IMG/VR virus record: IMGVR_UViG_3300048606_000040
Span: 1-36,656 of that record
Length of the DNA: 36,656 bases
Source: a virus
Taxonomy: Duplodnaviria > Caudoviricetes
Strand: one strand, 5' to 3'
Part shown: one piece after another, positions 9,519 to 17,519 of the stretch
How positions within the stretch are numbered: the first letter of the stretch is position 1
How the letters are laid out: each line of letters begins with the position of its first letter
Program-made: the position numbers and the translations under genes
The notes under the pieces: model-generated
Database searches by the model: none
What the model was told of the DNA's origin: nothing
What the model saw: the letters and a program-made list of their open reading frames with translations, nothing else

Positions 9519-11704
9519 TGGCGCTGCCCCGCTACGACCGCAGCACGCAGCTCGAGACCGGGATCTCCGCCGGCGCCGCGGGCGCGCCTGGGCAGGCGCT
9601 CGCCGCCGAGCTCGACCGCTTCGTCGAGCAGCGCAACCAGGAGCTCGACAAGCGCGCCGAGGAGGAAGGCTTCGCCGCCGGCCAGACCGCCGGCCAGGAA
9701 GGGGATCTCGGGCCGTCGAACCCGACCACGATCTCCGGCCGTGCCTTCCAGCAGGGCGCGATCGTCGCGCACCAGGCGGCGGTGCAGACCGACATCCGCG
9801 ACCAGGTCGGCCGCTACGCGATCGAGTCGCCCGACGATCCTGACGCCTTCGACGCCAAGGTCGCCGGCATGTCGGAGGGGCTGCTCAAGGAAGCAGATCC
9901 GCGCATGCGCTCGTTCATCCAGGAGCGGGTCGCCGACTACGCCGGCCGGGCGAAGCTGCAGGTGCTCGACGCCCAGCAGGCAAAGTTTCGCAAGTCCGCC
10001 GCCGACGATCTGCAGGTCGGCGCGAAGGGTCTGGTCGACGATGCGACCACGGCCGCCTTCGAGGGCGACACCACCTACACCGAGGCCCGGCGCCAGGAGT
10101 TCACGCGGCTGCTGACGGGCGGGGTCGCCGGCGGCCTCATCGATCAGGCCCAGGCGACCGAGCAGCTGCAGAACTTCGAGCGCGCCATCACGAGCCAGGA
10201 GGTGGTCGGCAACTTCGACCGCGTCCTTCGTAAGCAGGGCTCCGAGGCGGCCACCAAGGCGATCCGCTCATGGCAGGACCAGAAGCCCTCCGAGCTCGGC
10301 CTCACCGTCGACGATCACGAGGCGGTCACCCGCCAGCTGATCACGATGAAGAACCGCTTCGACTCGCTGGCGGCCGACGACCACGCGAAGAGCAACGCGG
10401 CGATCGCGGCCGAGAGCCTGCAGCGCTCCACCCGGGTCAAGGATGCGATCTCGGTCATGGCCTCCGGCTTCCCGCCCGACAAGGCGGTGGTCGACCAGGC
10501 GACCGCGGACCTGCGCTGGCTGCGCTCGAGCGGGGTGGTGAACCCGACCGACGCGGTCCAGGCCGCCGAGCTCGCCCACGACTTCGACACGGCCGCGGCG
10601 ATCCAGAACCAGGTGCACACCTTCCGGCGCATGACGACGCCCCAGCGCACCCAGCAACTGGCGCAGCTGCGCGGCGCCCTCACGCGCGACGGGGCGAGCG
10701 CCGAGCAGGTGCAGCTCTACAAGGCGCTCGAGCTCACCAACACCGAGGTCACGGCCGCGGTGCAGAAGGACGCGCGCGGCTATCTCGCCGGCGAGGGCCT
10801 GATCCCGCAGGCACCGCTCGACTTCTCGAGCGGTGACGCGCTGACCAAGTCCCTGGGCGATCGCGCCGAGGGTGCGGATCTCGGCCAGCAGCTGGTGGGC
10901 GAGCCGATCAGCCGGCTCACCGCCGCCGAGACCGACCAGTTCGCCACGCTCTACAAGAACGCCGAGATCGAGGAGCGGGTGGGCCTGCTCGGAATCCTGA
11001 CCGAGGGCGCGGGCGGCGAGGCTGACGCGACGCTCAAGCAGCTCGACAGCCAGGGCTACAAGGGCATGGCGCTCCTCGGGAACATGGTGCGCCAGGGCCA
11101 GGGATCGCTCGCCCGCGACGTCATGCTCGGGGACAAGGTGCGCGGATCCGAGAAGGGAATCACCCCGAAGCGCGATCTGTACCAGCCGGATCTGGACGCC
11201 GCGATCGGCTCGGCCATGATCGACTGGCCCGACCAGCGCTCGACCTACATCGACGCGGCGCTCTCAAAATACGCCGAGTTGAAGGCGCGCCAGGGCGACG
11301 GGACCGAAGAGTACAAGCCGAAGCTCTTCCAGCAGGCGCTCGCCGCTGTCATGCCGACCGCCGAGTTCAACGGCCGCCGGGTGCTGATCCCGCCGCGCGC
11401 CTCCGAGGACAGCTTCAACGACTGGACCCGTGGGTTCACCGACTCCGACTTCGTCGACGTAGCCGGCCGCCCCGAGGCTGGTATGGCGGCGCTCGTGCGC
11501 CGGCGCGGCCGCCTGGTCGAGTTGGGCGAGGGCCGCTACGGTGTCGCACTCCCGAGCGCCTCAGACGGACGGGAGAAGTATCTGCTCAACGGCGCCGGCC
11601 AGCCCTTCATGCTCGAGTACGGCGCACCTGGCCCGCGCTCCGAATCGCACCGCGGATCCGGCAAGCCCGCTGCGAGCACCAGCACCGAGTACGTTCCGCT
11701 CTAA
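9518..11704 (+). CDS. Internal virion (ejection) protein, gp15-like
   Basis: 728 aa, helical and Ala-rich, starts MALPRY; synteny. Confidence 0.7.
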   Translation: MALPRYDRSTQLETGISAGAAGAPGQALAAELDRFVEQRNQELDKRAEEEGFAAGQTAGQEGDLGPSNPTTISGRAFQQGAIVAHQAAVQTDIRDQVGRYAIESPDDPDAFDAKVAGMSEGLLKEADPRMRSFIQERVADYAGRAKLQVLDAQQAKFRKSAADDLQVGAKGLVDDATTAAFEGDTTYTEARRQEFTRLLTGGVAGGLIDQAQATEQLQNFERAITSQEVVGNFDRVLRKQGSEAATKAIRSWQDQKPSELGLTVDDHEAVTRQLITMKNRFDSLAADDHAKSNAAIAAESLQRSTRVKDAISVMASGFPPDKAVVDQATADLRWLRSSGVVNPTDAVQAAELAHDFDTAAAIQNQVHTFRRMTTPQRTQQLAQLRGALTRDGASAEQVQLYKALELTNTEVTAAVQKDARGYLAGEGLIPQAPLDFSSGDALTKSLGDRAEGADLGQQLVGEPISRLTAAETDQFATLYKNAEIEERVGLLGILTEGAGGEADATLKQLDSQGYKGMALLGNMVRQGQGSLARDVMLGDKVRGSEKGITPKRDLYQPDLDAAIGSAMIDWPDQRSTYIDAALSKYAELKARQGDGTEEYKPKLFQQALAAVMPTAEFNGRRVLIPPRASEDSFNDWTRGFTDSDFVDVAGRPEAGMAALVRRRGRLVELGEGRYGVALPSASDGREKYLLNGAGQPFMLEYGAPGPRSESHRGSGKPAASTSTEYVPL

Positions 11705-11713
11705 GAGGCCGCC

Positions 11714-14700
11714 ATGGCTGACCCGGTTCTCGACGCCTACACCTCCCGCGCCCGCATGGAGGGCTTCACCGAGCACGACGCCCCGAGTGTCTGGTCGGAC
11801 ACGGTCGCGGCCGCCTTCTCCCTGACCCGGCGCGAGGAGATCTCGAGCAGCGCCTCCTCAGCCTGGGAGAAGAAGGTCGAGGAGCGCGCCAAGAAGATCG
11901 GCGAGTTGGGCGGCGATGCGACGCTCGCCAAGACTTACGCCATGGTCCCGCTGACCCAGGTGCAGTACTACCGCAAGTTCGAGAAGGAGAACGGCCGCGC
12001 GGCGCTGCTCGCGGATCCCATGTTCAAGCTCGATTTTGGCGACAGCAAGAACTTCCTCCAGTTCGGCAGCTACGAGCAGGCCCGCGACTTCGAGCAGCGC
12101 TACCCGGGCGAGGTGCTGGACGATGAGGCGCTGCTCGCCCAGATGCGCGCGGAGTTCGCGGTCGAGCGCCGGCGCGACCAGGACGTGATCGATCGAGGCG
12201 GCGGCGGCGCTGCGTTCCTGGGCCAGGCGGGCGGCACGCTCACCGATCCGCTGGTGCTGGCGACGGCGCCCTTCGGTCTCGCGACCACGCCCGCGAAGAC
12301 TGCACTCGGCACGATCGGCAAGACGGCGCTCACCGAAGGCGCGGTTGCCATGGCCACCGAGATCCCGGTGCAGGCGCAGATCGCAATCTTCAAGCGCGAC
12401 ATCGAGAGCCCGTGGACGTTCGCCGACTCCGCGGTCAACGTGCTCGCGGCGGGCGCCGGCGGCGCCGTGTTCGGCGGCACGATCGCGGGCGGTGCCATCG
12501 GATACAAGAAGGCGCTCGCGAAGTTCCGCGAGTTGAAGGCCGCGGGCAAGGCCACGCGCACCGCCGAGACCGACGCGGCCGAGTCCGCGCTCGAGGAGGC
12601 GATCGCGACCCAAGAGGCGAACCCGCTGCCGAAGGACGGCGGCCTCGAGGAGTTCACCGCCGACATCCATGGCGATGCGCTCGAGCGGGCGAGCGCCCAG
12701 GCTGAAGCCGGTGCGCCGGTCGACGTGGCGGAAGTGGTCACAGGGTTCGAGGCGCCGGATCCAGTGGGCTCGATCGTCACGCGCGCCGCGGATCCGGCGC
12801 AGCTCGTCGACGTCGATCCGCTGCAGCTGCACGTGGACGCGAAGACCTTCCAGTTCAAAGGAGGTGGCGATGCCGAAGGGGTTACGGGTGCACTCAGAGA
12901 CGTCGAACGTTTCGATCGCCGCCTGGCTGGCGTTGCGCTTATCTGGGAGCGCGCTGACGGTCGTCAGTTCATTGCCGATGGGCACCAGCGCGTGGGTCTG
13001 GCCCGCCGCGCGATCGCCGCCGGCCAGGATCCCGCCGAGGTGCGGCTCAACGGCTTCGTCCTTCGCGAGGCTGATGGAGTCACCGCGGTCGACGCGCGGC
13101 GCATGGCCGCGATCAAGAACATGGCGGAAGGGTCCGGATCCGCGCTCGATGCGGCGAAGATCCTAAGAGACGTCGGGCCCGCGGGTGAGGCGATGCTGCC
13201 GCCGCTCCCCCCTCGATCGGCGCTGGTACGCCAGGCCCGCGGGCTCGCCGCACTCGGTGACGAGGAGTTCCTCAAGGTCGTGAACGGCGTGGTCGATGAG
13301 CGCGCCGGCGCCCTGGTCGGGGCTGCCACCGAGGATCCGAAGCTGCAGAGCGCCATGATCGAGGTGCTGCGCCGGGCGAAGCCAGAGAACGAAGCCCAGG
13401 CGCGCAGCATCGTCGAGCAGGTGCGCACGCAGGGGATCGAGACCCGCACCACCACCGATCTTTTCGGCGAGCAGTCGTTCGCCGAGTCGCACTACCTCGA
13501 GCGCGCGCAGGTGCTCGACGCCGCGCTCAAGCTCGCCCGCGAGGACAAGCAGATCTTCGGCGGCCTGGTACGGAACGAGGACCGGATCGCCGGCGCCGGT
13601 TCCAACAGCCTCGACCGTGCTGCTAATCTCGCCCGCCAACAGGAGGCCGCCGATGCCGCGACGCAGATCACCATCCGGGCCAATGCCAAGGGCGCCCTCT
13701 CTGACGCCCTCAGCGATGCCGCCCGACGGGTCCGGGAAGGCGCCAAGCCAGGCACCGTCGCGAAGTCTTTTCTCGAGGCCGCTCGACGCGAGATCTTTCA
13801 AGGCGATCGAGGCCGGGGTGCGCCTGGCAAAGCTCGACCGCGCGGTAAATCAGCGGGCGCGTCTCGAGGAGTAGAGCCGCCGATCCGGCTGCAGTCGATC
13901 GAGCCAGTCGATCGCAAGCTCGTGAAGAAGACCTTCCGCGCTGGCCAGCACGGTCAGACGGTCGAGGATCTCTACAAGGTCGCCGAGCGTCACCAGAAGA
14001 AGCTGGTCGCCGCCATGCGCGAGCTCGCCGACGAGTTCGGTGACGACGTGAGCGTTGCCGATCCAGGCATCAAGGGCCGCGCCGGCACCGAGGAGAAGCT
14101 GCTCCGCAAGGGCTACCAGGACGCCGGCGAAGTGACCGACGTAATCCGCGCGGGCTTCATCACCCGGACCCCTGAGCAGGCCGCGGCGCTGATCGAGCGC
14201 ATGGCGCAGAAGTTCACGCTGCTCGATGACGGGATCAACGTGACCCCCATGGGCTACATCGACCACGTCGCCCTGGTGCGCTTCCCCGATGGCCGCGTCG
14301 CCGAGCTGCAGGCCTGGTCAGATGCCATGGCCCAGGCGAAGTTCAAGGAAGGGCACGTCCTGTACGAAGAAGCCCGCAAGCTCACCCCCGAGCAGCTGGC
14401 AACGCCTGAGGGCGCCGCGAAGCTCGAGGCGATCAACGAGGCGTCACGGGAGCTCTACGCGCGGGCGGTCGCCCAGGGGCCGCCCGAGTGGCGGCAGGTG
14501 GCCATGATGGCCTTCCCCGAAGACATGCGCGTCCGGGTTCAGGATGCGCTGGCGGGGAACGAGGCGGGCGCGGGAAGAGCGGGCAAGCCCGGGAACATCT
14601 CGAGCCAGGCGGCGCGCGACATCTCGAAGCCTGATTCCAGCACCTCGGCCGGGCTGCAACGCGACCAGGCGCCGGCCTCATCGGGTACGAAGAAGGCCTC

Positions 14701-15049
14701 GACGCCGCCCTCGAGCGAGGGCCGCGCCACCGCGGGACGCTCTTCCCAGTTGAAGAATCTCTCAGCCATTGATAGTCCTCCGAGGAGCATTATACGCGCG
14801 GTCGACGACCCCAAGAGTGCGCACCCGACAAAATCGCGCACCGGCACCGTCGAGGATGCCGACTACGACGCGGTTATGTCGCAATACCAGGATGCACTGG
14901 AAGATCGCGGCCAGCTGCTCACCTTGACCCAGGAGATCGACGGCGTGGTTACTGAGCGCCCGGTCTCGGGTGTCATCGACGAACTGGACACCGCCGAGGA
15001 GACCCTCGAACGGGTCCGGCTCTGCTCGCTGCCGCCGCGCGCGGCCTGA
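11714..15049 (+). CDS. Polyvalent internal virion protein: hydrophobic Gly-rich region, ParB/Srx-like domain, RelA/SpoT-like nucleotidyltransferase domain
   Basis: ParB-like FIADGHQR (about 12800-13150). RelA/SpoT-like IK..R...EK, TDVIRA, GYIDH, ELQ, GHVLYE (about 14050-14380). Lies within the ejection-protein cluster. Confidence 0.8.
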   Translation: MADPVLDAYTSRARMEGFTEHDAPSVWSDTVAAAFSLTRREEISSSASSAWEKKVEERAKKIGELGGDATLAKTYAMVPLTQVQYYRKFEKENGRAALLADPMFKLDFGDSKNFLQFGSYEQARDFEQRYPGEVLDDEALLAQMRAEFAVERRRDQDVIDRGGGGAAFLGQAGGTLTDPLVLATAPFGLATTPAKTALGTIGKTALTEGAVAMATEIPVQAQIAIFKRDIESPWTFADSAVNVLAAGAGGAVFGGTIAGGAIGYKKALAKFRELKAAGKATRTAETDAAESALEEAIATQEANPLPKDGGLEEFTADIHGDALERASAQAEAGAPVDVAEVVTGFEAPDPVGSIVTRAADPAQLVDVDPLQLHVDAKTFQFKGGGDAEGVTGALRDVERFDRRLAGVALIWERADGRQFIADGHQRVGLARRAIAAGQDPAEVRLNGFVLREADGVTAVDARRMAAIKNMAEGSGSALDAAKILRDVGPAGEAMLPPLPPRSALVRQARGLAALGDEEFLKVVNGVVDERAGALVGAATEDPKLQSAMIEVLRRAKPENEAQARSIVEQVRTQGIETRTTTDLFGEQSFAESHYLERAQVLDAALKLAREDKQIFGGLVRNEDRIAGAGSNSLDRAANLARQQEAADAATQITIRANAKGALSDALSDAARRVREGAKPGTVAKSFLEAARREIFQGDRGRGAPGKARPRGKSAGASRGVEPPIRLQSIEPVDRKLVKKTFRAGQHGQTVEDLYKVAERHQKKLVAAMRELADEFGDDVSVADPGIKGRAGTEEKLLRKGYQDAGEVTDVIRAGFITRTPEQAAALIERMAQKFTLLDDGINVTPMGYIDHVALVRFPDGRVAELQAWSDAMAQAKFKEGHVLYEEARKLTPEQLATPEGAAKLEAINEASRELYARAVAQGPPEWRQVAMMAFPEDMRVRVQDALAGNEAGAGRAGKPGNISSQAARDISKPDSSTSAGLQRDQAPASSGTKKASTPPSSEGRATAGRSSQLKNLSAIDSPPRSIIRAVDDPKSAHPTKSRTGTVEDADYDAVMSQYQDALEDRGQLLTLTQEIDGVVTERPVSGVIDELDTAEETLERVRLCSLPPRAA
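12870..13166 (+). CDS. Candidate nested +1-frame gene (98 aa) with a hydrophobic segment, inside the polyvalent gene
   Basis: AAGGAGGT at 12858-12865, ATG 12870; host frame uses rare codons here; the stop is formed by rare CTA AGA codons. Confidence 0.5.
   Translation: MPKGLRVHSETSNVSIAAWLALRLSGSALTVVSSLPMGTSAWVWPAARSPPARIPPRCGSTASSFARLMESPRSTRGAWPRSRTWRKGPDPRSMRRRS
13653..13874 (+). CDS. Candidate nested +1-frame gene (73 aa) inside the polyvalent gene
   Basis: AGGAGG at 13641-13646, ATG 13653; the last 25 codons have genome-typical usage while the host frame does not. Confidence 0.5.
   Translation: MPRRRSPSGPMPRAPSLTPSAMPPDGSGKAPSQAPSRSLFSRPLDARSFKAIEAGVRLAKLDRAVNQRARLEE
14539..14769 (-). 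CDS. Nested antisense gene (76 aa), candidate immunity/antitoxin for the RelA/SpoT-like domain
   Basis: Minus strand TATAAT-GCTCCTC-GGAGGA-6 nt-ATG; product MAERFFNWEERPAV...WLEMFP looks globular while the host frame is an S/A/T/P-rich shadow. Confidence 0.75.
   Translation of the reverse strand: MAERFFNWEERPAVARPSLEGGVEAFFVPDEAGAWSRCSPAEVLESGFEMSRAAWLEMFPGLPALPAPASFPASAS
14776..14800 (-). promoter_or_regulatory. Internal antisense promoter (-10 TATAAT) and RBS
   Basis: TATAAT at 14794-14789, GGAGGA at 14781-14776; shares GCGTATAAnnCTCCT with the early promoter near 28660; no clear -35. Confidence 0.65.
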
Positions 15050-15059
15050 AGGTAAACCC

Positions 15060-17519
15060 ATGGCTTTCCGTGATTGTGTCGAGGCGGCGGTCAAGGCGGG
15101 GAAGATCACCCGCGACCAGGCCGAGGATCTCTACAGCCGGCAAGGAGACGCGACCGAGCAGTTCCTGCTCGACGCCCAGCACTCCCCCGAATCGGCCGCC
15201 CGCATGGGCGTCGAGCTCTCCCTGGAACGTGCCAAGCAGCGGGTGAGGCTGCAGAAGTACCAGGCGGCGCTGCAGGCGATCCGTAACGCCGACAACGCGG
15301 GCAAGGTGCTCAACTACCAGGGCGGCGCCACGCGGGGCGTGCGGACCATTCTGACGCGCGACAGCCGCGGCCGCGCCACTTGGAACAACATCGAGGTCCA
15401 GGCGCGCTCGATCCTGGGGCAGGCGCACGCGACCATGGCGAAGGGCCTCTCGGAGCTGCGCACGCGCTGGCTCGGCTTCAGCCGCGACAAGGTGATGCTC
15501 AAGAACGCGGTGCGCGAGCTGTTCGCTGAAACGACTGGCGATGCCCGGGCGGGCGCCTTCGCGCGCGCCTTCGGCACGGCGGCCGAGAATCTGCGGCTGC
15601 GCTTCAATCGCGCCGGGGGGGCGATCCCACGCCTGAAGGACTGGGGCATGCCGCAGTCCCACGACTCGGTCCTGGTCGGCCGGGCCACAGAAGGCGAGTG
15701 GGTCGACTTCACCCTCGGGCACCTGGATCCCGAGCGCATGACCGACGTCACCACCGGCCAGCCCTTCACGCTGCCGGCGCTGCGCGCGACGCTGCAGCAG
15801 GTCTATCAGACGATCAAGACCAACGGCGTCGCCGACATGGTCCCGGGTGCCGGCGGCGCGGGGAAGAAGCTCGCGAACCGGCGCCAGGAGGCGCGCTTCC
15901 TGGTCTTCAAGGACGCCGACAGCTGGCTCGCCTACCAGGAGCGCTTCGGCTCGCCGAACCTTTTCGGGACGATGATGGATCACCTGCATGCCATGTCGAA
16001 GGACGTGGCGCTGCTCGAGGGGCTGGGCCCGAATCCGCAGGGCGGCTTCCGGTATCTGATGGATCTCGCCCGCAAGGCCGAGGACCGCCCGCTCGCCCGC
16101 CAGGCGAACGAGGCCGTCTTCCGCCTGGTCAACGGCACGAGCGACGCCAACCGCTCCCCCTTCGTGGCGAATCTCTTCGGCGCGATCCGCAACTGGAACG
16201 TCGCGAGCAAGCTCGGGGCGGCGAGCCTCTCGGCGATCTCTGACATGGGCTTCATCCGCCAGACCGCGCGCTGGAATGGCATGAGCTTCGCCCGGGTGTT
16301 CCGCCGCTATCTCGCCCAGCTGAACCCTGCCAATGAGGGCGACCGGATCCTGGCGACCCGGATGGGGATCACGGCGCTCTCCTGGTCGGAGGCGTACAGC
16401 AACATCGGGCGCTTCTCGGACGTGGGCGGCGGCGGCGCGGGCTTCGTCGGCCGGGCGGCTGACGTCGGCGCCAAGTTCGCGGAAGCCACGCTGCGCGCGT
16501 CTGGGCTCAACGCCATGACCGACGCCGGCAAGCGGGCCTTTGCGCTCGAGTGGGGCGCGAACCTGGCCGAGGCCTTCGGCCACGAGGAGCTCGAGCGCGT
16601 CCCCGGCCTCTTCGGTGATTCCCTGCGCCGGCGGATTTCGCAAGAAGACTGGAAGCTGCTGCGCACCACGCGCACGGTCGATCACGACGGCGCCAAGTTC
16701 TTCGCGGTCGACGAGCTCATGGACCGGGTGGATCTGCCGACCTCGCAGAAACAGAAACTGGCCGGCCTGGTGCAGGGGATCCTGAACGAGGAGCTCCTCT
16801 ACGCGGTCCCCGAGCCCGACGCCCTGGCGCGCGTGATCACGACCGGCGGCGGCCAGGCGCGCGGCACCATTGCAGGCGAAGTCTCCCGCAACATCCTGCA
16901 GTTCAAGAGCTTCCCGATCGCGGTGCTCTCGCTGCACGCCCAGCGCGCCATTACCGCGGCGCAGAACCGCGGCACCTGGGCCGGGGTGAACTACGCCGCC
17001 CAGGCGATCATCGCGACGACGACGCTCGGCTTCGTCGCCATGCAGGCGAAGCAGATCGCCAAGGGCAAGGATCCGCGCGACTTCGACGACCCGGCCGCCT
17101 GGGCCGCGGCCTTCGTCCAGGGCGGCGGCCTCGGCATCTACGGGGATTTTCTCTTTGCCGACGCCAACCGCTTCGGTCAGGGGCCGGTGTCGACCATGCT
17201 GGGCCCGACCGCCGGGCTCCTGGACGATGTCACCAAGCTCACCCTCGGGAACATCCAGGAGCTCGTGAAAGGCGAGGACACCCACCTGGCGTCTGACGTT
17301 GTAGGATTCGGCTCGCGCTACATGCCGGGCGGGAATCTTTGGTACTCCCGCCTGGTGCTCGAGCGCGAAGTGTTTGATCAGCTCGCCCTGGCCGCGGACC
17401 CGATCGGCGCTCGGAAACGGTTCCAGCGGGCGGAGAAGCGGGCAAGGGACGAGTCTTCCGGGTTCTGGTGGCGCCCGGGTCAACAGGCGCCAGATCGGGC
17501 GCCGGAGACCGCGGAATGA
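15060..17519 (+). CDS. Large internal virion (ejection) protein, gp16-like (819 aa)
   Basis: Start reassigned to ATG 15060 (MAFRDC). Motifs WGMPQSHD, QFKSFP, KGKDPR, QGGGLGIYGDFL, PGGNLWY and WWRPG. Confidence 0.82.
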   Translation: MAFRDCVEAAVKAGKITRDQAEDLYSRQGDATEQFLLDAQHSPESAARMGVELSLERAKQRVRLQKYQAALQAIRNADNAGKVLNYQGGATRGVRTILTRDSRGRATWNNIEVQARSILGQAHATMAKGLSELRTRWLGFSRDKVMLKNAVRELFAETTGDARAGAFARAFGTAAENLRLRFNRAGGAIPRLKDWGMPQSHDSVLVGRATEGEWVDFTLGHLDPERMTDVTTGQPFTLPALRATLQQVYQTIKTNGVADMVPGAGGAGKKLANRRQEARFLVFKDADSWLAYQERFGSPNLFGTMMDHLHAMSKDVALLEGLGPNPQGGFRYLMDLARKAEDRPLARQANEAVFRLVNGTSDANRSPFVANLFGAIRNWNVASKLGAASLSAISDMGFIRQTARWNGMSFARVFRRYLAQLNPANEGDRILATRMGITALSWSEAYSNIGRFSDVGGGGAGFVGRAADVGAKFAEATLRASGLNAMTDAGKRAFALEWGANLAEAFGHEELERVPGLFGDSLRRRISQEDWKLLRTTRTVDHDGAKFFAVDELMDRVDLPTSQKQKLAGLVQGILNEELLYAVPEPDALARVITTGGGQARGTIAGEVSRNILQFKSFPIAVLSLHAQRAITAAQNRGTWAGVNYAAQAIIATTTLGFVAMQAKQIAKGKDPRDFDDPAAWAAAFVQGGGLGIYGDFLFADANRFGQGPVSTMLGPTAGLLDDVTKLTLGNIQELVKGEDTHLASDVVGFGSRYMPGGNLWYSRLVLEREVFDQLALAADPIGARKRFQRAEKRARDESSGFWWRPGQQAPDRAPETAE

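Noticed and set aside
16540-16785. Further nested ORF in the gp16-like gene, suggested by a few rare codons
   Set aside because: No SD, and the product is shadow-like.
14973-17483. 836-aa minus-strand ORF
   Set aside because: Shadow of the ejection protein gene; the plus frame holds the recognisable motifs.
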